Positions 43,001 through 54,617 of a stretch of DNA of 64,000 bases are shown one piece after another. The stretch lies in assembly GCA_977018835.1 (NCBI GenBank), contig OZ361258.1, positions 1,054,001 through 1,118,000 of the forward strand. The letters are read 5' to 3'. The position numbers and the translations under genes are program-made. Source of the DNA: Minutocellus sp. GHC0000111. Taxonomy: Eukaryota. The notes beneath the pieces are model-generated. The model did no database searches and had not been told where the DNA came from. It saw only the letters and a list, made by a program, of their open reading frames with translations. Positions within the stretch are counted from its first letter, which is position 1, and each line of letters begins with the position of its first letter.

Positions 43001-45079
43001 TCGAGCACCCCGACGATCTCGTTTCCGGAGGGCCAGGTGAGTCTTAATGCGTTGATTTTGTCATCACATCGGTAACACTATTATTTCTTTTGTATCGTCG
43101 ACGTTTTACGCAAAGCATTCACGTCATTTCCCCACCCCCTTACGTTGCGCCATTAAATGCGATCGTACGCAGGAACTTGGATGGTGACCAAATCAGAATG
43201 GCTCTTCGAAGGTGCCTTTCCGAAAACCGATAGACAAGTAAGACATCATTTTGAGGAAATGACCCGAAGAAAGTGTGATCGATTAGCAGACCAGTCCGCT
43301 GTAAATTATGGTCGTCATGTCCTGAACTTTGCTCTCGCATCGGCACCACCCTCCGCGCAGGTCAAGAATCTTGCACTAGTAGCTGCAGGGTGGTATCGCA
43401 TCGCTGGTGGTAGTGGACTCGATTGTAGCAAAGCTTCTTGGCATCCGCCTTCACTTGACTTCAAGGCTTCGTACTGCCGATATTCGGAAGGCCAGACGAA
43501 AGAGCTGGCTGTCACTCTGGACGTAGCGTGGAAGGAGCATGAAAATCAGATACGCGACGCAATAGAAGAAGCCTGGGTCCCAACCATAGAACAAGCAGAG
43601 ACCGTCGATAATGAGGAGATGATAGTGAAAGACATCGATGATGAAGAAATAGATGTCAAGCAGAAACAGGGCGATGAACACGAAAAGGAGGCCGTGACTC
43701 ACAAAGCACTGGCTGATACAAACGTCAAGAGAGAGGTAACGGTAGGTATTGCACCAAAGAAATTGGAGTCTGACGAACGCGCTGATTGGGCTAAGTACGG
43801 CAGAGCGATGAAGGAGAGGAAGAAAATAGTAGAAGATGGGGATCCTCGTCCAAGTTTGACGTGTCGATGGTGCGGTGCGAGGCCCTTTGATCTTGACTGC
43901 TATGAGTCAAAGTCTTTTGACCAGATTTGGGAGTATCGCGAAGTTCCCGCCACCTGCAAGGCGTGCAAGTACCTGGAAGAGCTCGGGTGGAAGATGAACT
44001 GGATTGTAAAAATGTATTGCCCCAGCAAAAGAAGGACCCAAAACCGGAAGGGCCAAGGCGTCGTCAAGGCGCTTCCTCCGGACGGTAGACATATCGAATC
44101 CGTCAAAGAATTTCTTCGGGTATCTACTTCGATTGTCAGCAAAGAATTCAGTAAGAATCATGCTCTGAACACGCCGTCAACGCTCGATGCTGACGAAATT
44201 GGCCAGGAAAAAATTCCAAGCGCAGCTCAAAGGTTGTGTCACCTACACCTACAGGTACGGTCGATGAATCGAAACAAAAGGGTGAGGAAAAGGTTCCGGA
44301 AGAGATTGGTCGTGGCGGTGATGAGGCACCCAAGCCGTCGCGCAGATTGAGACCCACAACAAAAATAATGAAACCGGCACTTCCTACCTTCGATCATCTT
44401 CTCACATTGGAGCGAGGTCTCGTGACTGTTCTGGAATTGGATGATCTTCATGTGTGGAATGCGTACTATGGCACTAATAGCACGGTCGCGCTGTGCACTT
44501 TACGCCCTCTTGCTTCTGGGTGAGTTACTCTTTCTGCGTGCGCAAATTGTTTCTCTAGTATTTCCTGTGATTTATTTCTACCAGGTACTGATGATAAAAT
44601 GTCTATTCCCTTATCTCTTCGGTACCTCCAGGAATCTCCCAATTGCGGTGCAATCCGAAACGCCCTTTTTCCGCTCTCGAGACGAACTGAATGTCATGGG
44701 AAGAAAAGGCGGTGCGCCCCCAACGCGATTTCTTGGCGTTTCACGAATCATCGAATCTAATCGAGCCAATTCCGGCGATGATAAGCGACATTACACCGGA
44801 AAGTTTGGTGTTGAATTTCCTTTGTTTGACACAAAGGTGGATCCACTCGTCCCAAAATCTGCAACAATTACAGGGCGGACGGTTCTAATCCGGAACGATC
44901 TGACTGAGGACGTGGCTGGGAGACTCTATGCCTTTATGTTTCGTCTTCTCTATGGCACTGCTGTTGTGGAACGGATGCTTCAAAAGACCAATAGCCTCGC
45001 GGAAAATGCTAGCCTTGTCCAGGATACCCTTCGGGCATTCGGTGCCAACGAGGAAGACGAGGAGGCGTCCAATCTATGA
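40008..45079 (+). CDS. Large multi-domain chromatin protein (Zn finger, UIM, Tudor-knot, chromodomain, MBD-like, AP2-like); introns 42259-42403, 43037-43172, 44520-44631; apparent frameshift at A6 44208-44213
   Basis: CALNGCNN...FCKKH; DEELQAALRLSIEE; YELHFVGWGAKYDRWV; VQWILGRR...FLTVWRGF...TWEPESNF; PPDGRHIESVKEFLR. All three GT-AG introns join in frame. Confidence 0.75.
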
Positions 45080-45262
45080 ATCACACAGTACAGTCTTTTT
45101 TGGATGCACTACTAGACTAGTGAACTAATTGATTATGAAATTATACAACTAATAAACAAACAACACTTGTATGCAAAGATTAGCATTTCCTCGTTCATGT
45201 AGGCTCTGCGTGGTCTATGGAAATCTCTCGGGTTCATTGTCGTACTGGTATTCGCCATCCTC

Positions 45263-48200
45263 CTACTCTCCATAGTGCTCTTCGCCACCAGCGTACTCTT
45301 CTTCGCCATAGACATAGCCATCTTCTTCTGCCCCTTCATAATAGTCATCTTCATTTTGGTATTCTTCTCGTTCTTCTTCGTAGTAGCTGCCGTCATTTGG
45401 GTACTCTTGATCATCGTAGTACCCATTATTGTCTTGGCCGTAGTGGGCGCCTTCGTTGTAGTCGTAATCCTCGCCGATGCCCTCCTTTTGGCCATTACGA
45501 TTTGGTCCAACCGCATGACCTCGCCTCTTGGCCGCAAAGATTGCCAGGACGCAGCAAAGTAGAACAGCCATTGTCACCGCGATGGCGATAATGGCGCCGT
45601 TACTGAGACAGTGAAGACGATCTTGTACCGGCACCACCAGATGAGGTCACCGAGTCCGACAAGAAAACATTGTTCGACGTATCGAGCTCATTGCCAACCC
45701 CACCAAAACAACCAGTGGCTACCAACGAGAATTTCTGAGACGCTTCATCTAAATTTGTGGCTCGGACGCGAAGTGAAAAGGTTTCACCATCAAAAACATT
45801 GTTAACCACAACTCGTTCAACGGTGTTAAGATTGTCTGGTCGGTCCAGCCCATTTGGATAATAGATGGTTCGATTCACGTCGCCATCTCTTGTTATAGTC
45901 AGATCGAGATCATTGATGAGGCATCTAGTGCAGCCCATGCTCGCGCCTCTTTCAAACCAGACAAGCGTTGCACTCAGAGATTCGAATACACATCCACTCG
46001 ATCTATCGATGGTAACTTGATATGTAAGGGTATCGCCATCATCGATGACTTCTCTGTCCCACGTCTTGATTTGTACTTCGGCTTTTCCCTTGACATAGAC
46101 GGAGGTGGCCAATTGAATGATCCCAAAGCCGATGTTACCGTCATACGCTTCCGTCTTAGTGACCTGCCCACCTTCGTTGTCAATCCCCTTGATGAGTGAG
46201 GTTTGCGCGCCGTTGATTAGCGTTGCCTTGATTAGGGCTGCAGACGGATTTATGCCCTCGGCTTCATTTTTCTCGCCATTAATGTGCCAGCCTTCCTCAA
46301 AGTATTGACGGACAAGAGCAGCCGAGCCCGAGACAACGGGGGTAGACATGCTAGTTCCCTCCATAGAAAGAAGGCCATCCCTTTTGCCACCAGCAGATGG
46401 AATTTCACTACCGTCGCACTCACCGACCATGCTCGGTCGAGCACCGGCGGAGAGGAGAAAACTACCCGGTGCTAATAAGTCTGGTTTGATCCGTCCATCT
46501 TCGGTGGGTCCTCTTGAAGAGAACCACGCGAGGTAGGCCGGACCGAGTTGACCCCTCTCCAGGTCACGTCCAAAGCTCTGTGTGGCGCCAACCCCAATAT
46601 TGTTCTTTGCATTCGCTGGAACATCGACGCTAGAGGGTGTATCTGGTCCACCATCATTTCCCGCGGCAAAGACTAATAGCAGCTCATCATTATTGTAGAC
46701 ATAGTCATCAAAATTCTTAGCCTGGGACGAGTAATAGGTGATTGAGTGTGCTCCCCAGCTCGCTGAGTGTATCTTGGCACCTTCTGATCGTCCCGTTTCT
46801 AGGATGGCGTTGTCACTCGGAGTTTTGAGCTGGCCCTGGGCATTTCCTATGTCGAGGAAAGCGAGGCGCGCACTCGGCGCTATCCCATCTGCGACTCCGT
46901 CGGATTCTACAAGGCCGTCGACGGATCTTCTCCCGGCGATACTTGCTGAAGTATGGGTTCCGTGCCCCCACTCGAGATCAACACCATCTGCAAACGGGTT
47001 GTAAGACGCGATCTTGCGATGATTTGGCCCTATTTCTTGCACAGAGTCCCAGAAGTAACAATTGCTGAGTATGATAATGAGGTGGAAATCGAGGGAGCGC
47101 GAGCGTGAGCTATAAAGATTGTGCAATGCTGCAATAAATAAATATGGACATGCACCAATTTCCCCCACTCTGCTGCGCACTTACTTAATATCGATGCCGG
47201 TGTCGCTAATAGCAACGACTAGTCCGGAGCCATCCAAACCGAGATCTGTAAATGGTACCTGATTTTCTACGCCAGTCTGAGTAAGCCAGGAAGCCTCTTG
47301 GTTGCTAGTTCGCTTGGGCGGAGTGATCTCCATGTGGCATACTGTTTCGTCCACAGACATGACGATGAGAAATCCAAGGATGCAATACATGTCTTCTTCT
47401 ACAACCTCGGTGTTGTTCCAATAGACCTTGTTGAAAGTGAAGTCTTTCTCAGATCTGCTGATTTCGGTCCGCCACATCAATTTATCTCTGAAAAAGTCGC
47501 CGCATCGAGATTCTGACACTGTGTAGTTTAGCACAGCATACCAAGCAAACCCACGATTTTTATCGTACTCTTCGTTGCCAATGGCTCCTTCTTGCCCCCA
47601 GTATACATTTTCTCGGATAGCATTGAATGCCACTTTGTTTCCCCAACCGGTAACGTAAGACAGAAACGCATTTGCGTACTGAGTGGTGTCAACAACCCCG
47701 CTACCATCCCTATCCAACGATTTGAGGTCCTCAAATTCTGATTTTGTTCGAATTCCAGCACACGACACCACCTCAGCAGATGGAAAATCTTCGAGCTCTT
47801 TGGCGGGTTTTGCAGCTTGCGCCATGCCTTCATTGTCCTCGTCGAGGTAGTCGGCAATCGCGGCGGACATCAATTCTTCTGCAAATTGGATGGTTCGTGG
47901 CATCATTTTCATGGTGGGCAGCAAGGGCTGAACTATGCAGCCATCGCAAGATATTTTCTGTGCCAGACTTCCAAACATGAGGGTATGGCCACAGAAGAGA
48001 GTATCATCGTTGTACAGCGGTGTAATGGGAATACCGGCGATCTCAATCATTTGCCCTCTCCCTCGATTCCGTTCTAATGTTTGGCTGTCGGTTCCATCTT
48101 CAAGACTTGGACGCCCCATCGCTTCGTCCATGATGATTTCGTTGCCTTCCCTTATGGCATCAGATTCAGCTTGCATCACGGCATCGAAAAGTGTCCCCTT

Positions 48201-49241
48201 CTTTTTGAAACCTGAAGCCGCGGCCGGAGGTTCGTTTTCAAATATCGAATCAGCAAAGCCTTCATCTTCCGTTGCTGGCCTTGAAGACTCTGGCACGGTA
48301 CTGCTCCTCGTAGTGTCGGCAAGGCAAAGAACAAACGGATACTTCTTGCGCCAACGTTTCTCCTCGCGGATGGCTCTCATTAGCTCAAATCTGCTGGCAT
48401 CGTCCCAAACCTCTTGAGCTCTCCGCCGACGTCTGGGCTCGTCCTGGTCTTCACCCTCGGACTCCTTTTTATATTGGTACTCGTTTTCCGTTTCACTTGA
48501 CTGAAGCTCCACAAATTCATCTATTCGCAAGAACCGTGTCGGGGCGGTCAACGCGACATTTTGATATCTTCCCAATGGCTTTTCGCATATATCGTTCCAT
48601 TGACACATGGAACCTTCCCTACAAAGTCTCCCCTCTCCTCTGCATGGCATACCATCTTTCTGATCTGTACACACTTTCCCCCATGGTGGTCCCAAATCTA
48701 TGGCACGTCCGGAAGGGCAGCATATACTGGGCACATCCACTGGCTGCGCAGCTGTATTGCCATCGCAGTACTGACCAACGCAATCGGATTCGGTTCGTTC
48801 TTTGCCACACGACCAGTTTTGACAATCAGAGTCGCTATCACAAAGCTCACCGACATCAACCTTTCCAGGCCGACATGTGCCATCGATGCAAACAAAGGAT
48901 GCACAAAGCTCATCACGATTGCCCAAGCATGGCGATCCATCACGCTGAAAGGTACAGACATTGGCGTTGATGGGAGGCCCAACAAAGATGTAATCACCCT
49001 CTGGACAGCATATCCGATCAGTTGTGGACGATACATCTGGCTGCGAATAGGCGCAGGCAAAGTTGCGACATTCGAAATCGAACGAGCAACTCTCTCCTGA
49101 AGATAGTTGTGCCGAGACGCCACCGTTGTGAAGGAGGAAAGTGGTGGCGATGGTCAGCAGGAGGAGCTCAAGGTTCCACGGGGCACTCGAATTGTTCCTT
49201 TCTCGCCATGTCGTTCGATGCAATCTGTGCTTCGCGGGCAA
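45263..49241 (-). CDS. Membrane-anchored subtilisin S8 protease (KP-43/TagC-like) with Cys-rich N-terminal repeats; intron 47065-47184; frameshift near 45615 before the TM helix
   Basis: Catalytic motifs ISDTGID, GHGTHTSASIAG, FAAGNDG and EGTSMSTP; NDLDL. The TM helix GAIIAIAVTMAVLLCC and the acidic Tyr-rich tail lie in an adjacent frame. Confidence 0.88.
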
Positions 49242-49553
49242 TCTTTCTCGTCATGCATGATTCGGCGCCCCCAGATACTTTGACTGGGAATCTCCCATAG
49301 GCTAGCTGAAATCAACGTTCAGCTCCTTTTTTAGTAATCATTGAATGATGAAATTTAGACAGAATGATTTCAACATCTCTTCCAACGAGATGCCCCTCAT
49401 TTCAGGGAGACAATCTGGGAAGGCGGAAGCCTCGAGGTTGTGCTCGCGCCTGCTCGCCTCGGTCGCCTCGTAGCCAGCACAATATATAAGGGCCTAAGTC
49501 GCCTAATGATGTATTTCGTCGCCATGCTCAATAAAAGAAGAACATCAACATGC

Positions 49554-50318
49554 ATGCACGCCGCTCTTTGGGCTTCAGTGGTGCTGGTGCTCCGCGGAGA
49601 TGTGCTGGTCTCGGCCTTTCACTCGTCAAGAGTAGCACAAAATGTTGTTGTCGTACGTCATTCGTCGTCGCTACTGCTACAAATTGTCGACGGCAGCGGT
49701 GGGCTGGGGGAATACACGGTATCACTGACCAAACCTCTTGGAATCATACTGGAAGAGCGAGAAGCTGGGAAGCCTGGTGTTCAGGTTGCTTCTCTCGTGG
49801 AAGGTGGTGCCGCCGATGCAAGCGGCACAATCGTGAAGGGCGATGCGCTGGTAGCATTGGAAGGAACCGACCTTACCCAGGCTGACTTTGATACGGCAAT
49901 GGATGCACTCATTGCTGCCCCAGACGACAGGCCTTTGGATATTACATTGAGCGATGGGCTCGGGAGAATGGATATTGCAAAGAATCTCGCAAAGTCTTTG
50001 TCAGCTGAAGAGGCAATATTTGCTGACGCAACTGTAAGAGCAGCAGTTCGACAGGTCAGAAAAATTGGCACGCAATTGGGAGATCTGTTGAGCGTAGAGA
50101 TTGTAATTGGCGCCGGAGTGCGAGATAACGGCAAAACTTGCCAGGTGAGATTCTTTGCGATCTTCAGCACGGATACTGTCAGCACGTACAGCTGTTCCGT
50201 TAGCGCAACGGGTAGCAAAGGCAGTAATGACGACGACATTGAGATAACTCAACTTAGCTGCGCCAAGGACGAGGGCTGGGGCCAAACATACGATCTAATT
50301 CGTGAAATGGAAGCATAA
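49554..50318 (+). CDS. PDZ-domain protein, predicted plastid-targeted
   Basis: VSAFH presequence; TVSLTKPLGIILEE...GGAADASGTIVKGDALV. Confidence 0.8.
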   Translation: MHAALWASVVLVLRGDVLVSAFHSSRVAQNVVVVRHSSSLLLQIVDGSGGLGEYTVSLTKPLGIILEEREAGKPGVQVASLVEGGAADASGTIVKGDALVALEGTDLTQADFDTAMDALIAAPDDRPLDITLSDGLGRMDIAKNLAKSLSAEEAIFADATVRAAVRQVRKIGTQLGDLLSVEIVIGAGVRDNGKTCQVRFFAIFSTDTVSTYSCSVSATGSKGSNDDDIEITQLSCAKDEGWGQTYDLIREMEA

Positions 50319-50353
50319 GATATTTACAAAAATATTACAGAAGTATTGCAAAA

Positions 50354-51244
50354 TCATTTCTCAACTGTATCTCCAGCAATACTATCTTGTCTAGAAGGAC
50401 TATCATTGATACTCTTTGATGGAAAGTTCAATCGATCCTTGAACGTTCGCTTCGCAAATGTCATGACAAGAATGGGCCTATCGGCATCACTGGTGTTGGC
50501 CCTGCCTCGGTGTAATATTCGATAATCAAACAATAACGCATCTCCAGCTCGAAGCAATGGCATCACCGGCTTTCTGAGCTTTCCCCGAGCCTTTGCTGCC
50601 AGCATCATTGGTGCAAGGTTGCGCGTAAGATACTGAGAGCCGGGCCGCAATTCGGTAGGGCCAAGGGCTACATCCACATCAACCAGAGGAAGAAATACGT
50701 TGAAACAATGACATTCTTCATGCGCTTGTAAATTGATATGTCCACCATCGGCGTGCCACCCTTGATCTGCTGAGCCAGGCGTTGCGTTTACGATTGACAT
50801 GTTACACATGTAGCAGTCATCGCCAGAAAACAAAGCGTCGACAATTCGCAATAGCACGTCGTTATTCATAATGGCATCATTGCTGAATGGTTCTCTATCA
50901 CATCCAAACGGCATCTCAAATCTACCTGGACTCCGCATCACTATTTCTTTGAATCCACCGGTCACTCCCTTGGATATTGCATACCTGTTTTCGTTCCCTT
51001 CGCTATTTGCATCGCGATAGGTGGGGAACGGCGTGTGGCCGCCATCATACAGGCGCCGGAAGCACTCCTCAAAATTCAAGCTTGCAGCATCACGTAGTCT
51101 CTGCACCGTCTCACCGTCAAATAATGAGGCGAGGCACACGAATCCATCTTCGTCGAACGAGCATTTGAGGCTCGAGAGTAGCTCGTCGTTGATGCTGTCA
51201 TTGACTTGATGAAACCTCCAGCCACTCGGCGGTTGCTCGGCCAT
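50354..51244 (-). CDS. PhyH-family (phytanoyl-CoA dioxygenase-like) 2OG-Fe(II) oxygenase
   Basis: FDEDGFV, PGSADQGWHADG, GPTELRPGSQ and GDALLFDYRILHRGRAN motifs. Confidence 0.9.
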   Translation of the reverse strand: MAEQPPSGWRFHQVNDSINDELLSSLKCSFDEDGFVCLASLFDGETVQRLRDAASLNFEECFRRLYDGGHTPFPTYRDANSEGNENRYAISKGVTGGFKEIVMRSPGRFEMPFGCDREPFSNDAIMNNDVLLRIVDALFSGDDCYMCNMSIVNATPGSADQGWHADGGHINLQAHEECHCFNVFLPLVDVDVALGPTELRPGSQYLTRNLAPMMLAAKARGKLRKPVMPLLRAGDALLFDYRILHRGRANTSDADRPILVMTFAKRTFKDRLNFPSKSINDSPSRQDSIAGDTVEK

Positions 51245-51409
51245 ATTCAAAAGAGGTAGAGAGTTAATTCAACGATGCTGCAGCTTCTCTGAAGCAAACA
51301 GAACGAAGGTTGCAGCAATTATCAATCGACAGCCCAGGGGCAGGCCGGCAGAATTGCAGAATCATCTGAAGGCAATTGCCGATGTCGGACGAAAACAGAC
51401 GAGAATGAC

Positions 51410-52157
51410 AAGCGTTGACGGTTTTCCCCCATGCAATCCGATCAGCAACGACTCGCATGTCAGGGCAATCTTTGGCTATGTAAGTCGGCGACTTACCACC
51501 GAGCTCAAGGATGACCGGCGTTAGTGTCTGGGCCGCCTGGGCCGACACAATCTTTCCAACACGGGACGATCCCGTGAAGAAGACTATGCCCCACGGATGT
51601 CGTAGGAGCTCGGTCGTTTCGGGTATTCCGCCCTCAAATATCGCAAACACCGACGAGTCAAAGTACTGCGGAACAAGCTTTGCCAGCAGAGACGAAACAT
51701 TGGATGCCATCTCGCTCGGTTTGAGTACCACGGGATTTCCAGCTGCCAAACTACCCGCCACGGGGACCAGTGAGAGAATAATAGGATAATTGAACGGCGA
51801 AATTATCAAACACCCAGGCGAACGGAGCGGTTCGTATCGTATTTCCGAGAAGGCAGGCATGAGCAAGCCCGGTGAGGGTACCTGATGAGGCTCGGCATAG
51901 GCAGGGAGCTGTGCAAGGAGCTCATCAATCTCAATGAGTGTGGTGCCGACCTCACCGACCTCGGCCTCGATGGCATGCTTTCCCAGGTCCTGAAATATGG
52001 CGGAGAGGATGGCCTGCTTGTTCTCGACGATCATCCGTCGGAGGGCCTTTAACTGGGATCTTTTCCATTCGATTGACTTATTGGCCCCACCGCGGTGAAC
52101 AGCGGCCATGCCGCAACGGACCGACTCCAGCCGATCGGCAAAGGCGGTGTTCGTCAT
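51410..52157 (-). pseudogene. Aldehyde dehydrogenase (ALDH3-like), truncated just before the catalytic GQTC
   Basis: ISPFNYP, AAGNPVVLKPSE, FFTGSSRVG, LELGGKSP and IAWGKTVNA, after which homology stops abruptly. Confidence 0.85.
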
Positions 52158-52332
52158 GGTTTAGAGGTTGCAAAATGAAGAGGCTTTCCGGCCACGGAGA
52201 CTCGTCTCCGTGGCCGGAACAGCGGCCATGCCGCAACGGACCGACTCCAGCCGATCGGCAAAGGCGGTGTTCGTCATGGTTTAGAGGTTGCAAAATGAAG
52301 AGGCTTTCCGGCCACGGAGACTCGTCTCCGTG
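52097..52332. repeat. 116-bp exact tandem duplication (period 120) with a 16-bp-stem hairpin at the junction
   Basis: 52097-52212 is identical to 52217-52332. TTCCGGCCACGGAGAC-TC-GTCTCCGTGGCCGGAA at 52186-52219. Confidence 0.95.
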
Positions 52333-52419
52333 TTCCGGCTTTCCTTCAAGCAACTGCTCGTACGTACGTACGTACGCCTCCGGGTTTCGCTTATGTAGGT
52401 TCGGTTCGTTCGTTCGCAT

Positions 52420-52834
52420 CGGGGGCCAAATCACGAGACATGTCGGCCGTGGCGAGGTTGCCGATGGCACAAAGAGCGAGACCAGCAATGAACCGATTGT
52501 CGCTGTTGAGATCGTTCTTGAGCGAGTTGGTGGCAAGCATGAGAACGTCCGCCTCCTCGGATAAGAGGAGCATCATCCCAAGATATCCGATTCGCTTCTC
52601 CGGAAAGTGAGGCGACGCAACCAGCTTCATGCATTCCAACTGACCAAAGTGTGTGGGATATCCCAGCATGTGCATGAAGAGCAACTTGGCCACGTTCCGG
52701 TGCCGGTACTGCTCCTGCTCCTCCCGGATGGCGGTACGGATCATGGCCGATTCCTTGGCGATGACCGCCCGCTCCTCGGCGGCCGTCTTGCACGCCCGGA
52801 CCTGCCGGATGAGGTCGCGCAGCCGGAGGGACAT
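52420..52834 (-). pseudogene. AP1G1: AP-1 complex gamma-adaptin, N-terminal ~140 codons only
   Basis: [28 protein letters not shown]...[15 protein letters not shown]...KRIGYLG...MSRDLAP, then (GAAC)n/(TACG)n sequence and a stop. Confidence 0.88.
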
Positions 52835-53088
52835 GGTGGGACTGGGGTAGGTGGTGGTGAGGCCAGAGTGGTTGCAACAGCAAGCGGCGCCGGCGATCGA
52901 TACCACGCTCCAAAATTTGCAGGGGCGTTTGCAATCGAGCGAATCTTCGGTCACGTTTCACAGGAACACTCACGAAGTGTGGTGTCGTGCACTAAACTCG
53001 TTGTTGTGCAGTTCCTCGTCAAGTCGCCTCGCTCTCCTCTCACACAAATCACAACACAAAGCAAAACGTATACTTCAACAATCCAACA

Positions 53089-54501
53089 ATGACCATCACA
53101 AAGCCCCAGCAGAAGCTCCGCATCGCCGTCTCAACTATGCCGGTCAACGCCGGTGAAACGACACGAGCCGTCGAGATTTGTAGAGCACTGAGAGACCAAG
53201 CGACTGCATCCAATCTCGAAGTGGAAATCGAATTCTTTGCCACGATATACTCGCCAGACAAAGGAGTGAGTTTTGATCGCTTTATCACCGATGCAGGCTT
53301 TGAGCTAGAACTCATCGGTCCAGGATATTCTCCTTCCGAGCGAAAGGCTCTGTTTGACCGCGAGCATTCCCAAGAAGAATTCTTCCAGGGACCAGAGGAG
53401 AAACAGCGAGCCGTCGACGCAATCAGAGGCACCACTTCCGTCCTGAAGAAATTCAATCCAACCATTGTGCTATATGGATTCTCATACGATATGGCGGCCC
53501 AAATTGCGGCCAAGATGTTGAGCATCCCGAGTGCCCTCTACTTGCCTCTCCCCACGGACATGACATTTCTGAACGAGGTGATTTACGACGATCTGCCATC
53601 AGATATCCAAGCAAAGGGTTTCTGGCTACTTCCAAAGGCAGTCAGGCGCAAGATATTGCATCATGTCATTTCATCTCCTAATACTGCTGCTAACCAGCCA
53701 ACACTTCGTGCTGCCGCCATTGAAGCCGGCTGGGTTAAGGAGAAGAAGGAAGGAAAGACAGTGTGGCTCTGGGATATGCTTGAAAGTGATGTCGTTCTTG
53801 TCAACGATCTTCCTGGTAACTACAGCGGGTATGATCTACCAAAATCTACCGTCATCACTGGCCCAGTGTTTCCTTTCGATGATGATACTTCGTCCGAAAC
53901 ACCTATCGATCCTGAAATATTGCGCGTTTTTGATCCCTCAGACGATAAGAATATCAAAATTTTTGTCGCAATGGGAAGCAGCGGCCACAAGAAAGATCTA
54001 GTCGAAGCCATCAAGGCTGCATCAAGAAGTACTCCCGATGGCAGTGTTTACAACGTTGTAGCTCTTGTACCACGCACAATTGGATCAGTCCAAGAGATTC
54101 AGGCTGAAATTTTTGGAACTGATCCCATCCCAGATAGAGTCTATTTGACCGATGCCTTTGTGCCTGCCAAGCAGGTGAACAAACTTGCTGATATTGCCAT
54201 TATTCATGGTGGCCAGGGGACAGTTCAGACAGCAATGGGAGCTGGCACACCAATCGTGTCCGTCGGTCTCCAGCCAGAACAAGTCATCAACATCCGCCAG
54301 GTCGAGAGAAGAGGAGCGGGCATCAAGCTGGAACGTCGCCAATGGTCCGAGGCAAGTATATCAGATGCCATCGAGCGCATCGTTGCGGATGGCTCCTACC
54401 GCGAATGTGCTAGATCAGTAAAGAAGGAGATGGACCTTTGCGACGGAAGTGGGACCTCTGCCCAGGCCCTCCTCGCCCTTGCAATGATCCAAACTCAATA
54501 G
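53089..54501 (+). CDS. GT-B glycosyltransferase (GT1/MGT-like, GT28 C-terminal domain), intronless
   Basis: NAGETTRAVEI, IFVAMGSSG, FVPA and IIHGGQGTVQTAMGAGTPIVSVGLQPEQ motifs. Confidence 0.88.
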   Translation: MTITKPQQKLRIAVSTMPVNAGETTRAVEICRALRDQATASNLEVEIEFFATIYSPDKGVSFDRFITDAGFELELIGPGYSPSERKALFDREHSQEEFFQGPEEKQRAVDAIRGTTSVLKKFNPTIVLYGFSYDMAAQIAAKMLSIPSALYLPLPTDMTFLNEVIYDDLPSDIQAKGFWLLPKAVRRKILHHVISSPNTAANQPTLRAAAIEAGWVKEKKEGKTVWLWDMLESDVVLVNDLPGNYSGYDLPKSTVITGPVFPFDDDTSSETPIDPEILRVFDPSDDKNIKIFVAMGSSGHKKDLVEAIKAASRSTPDGSVYNVVALVPRTIGSVQEIQAEIFGTDPIPDRVYLTDAFVPAKQVNKLADIAIIHGGQGTVQTAMGAGTPIVSVGLQPEQVINIRQVERRGAGIKLERRQWSEASISDAIERIVADGSYRECARSVKKEMDLCDGSGTSAQALLALAMIQTQ

Positions 54502-54617
54502 ATGTACACGAGTAGAAAATAAATTCGCAGCATAACAATCACATGATGGAAACTCCATAAGTATCACTCTATGTACAATTCTCTATGTCTATGTTCGATT
54601 GTTCATTGTGTTTGCCC

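Noticed and set aside
52097..52332. CRISPR array or MITE
   Set aside because: Only two 116-bp units with no unique spacers, no cas genes, eukaryotic context, and the unit includes ALDH coding sequence.
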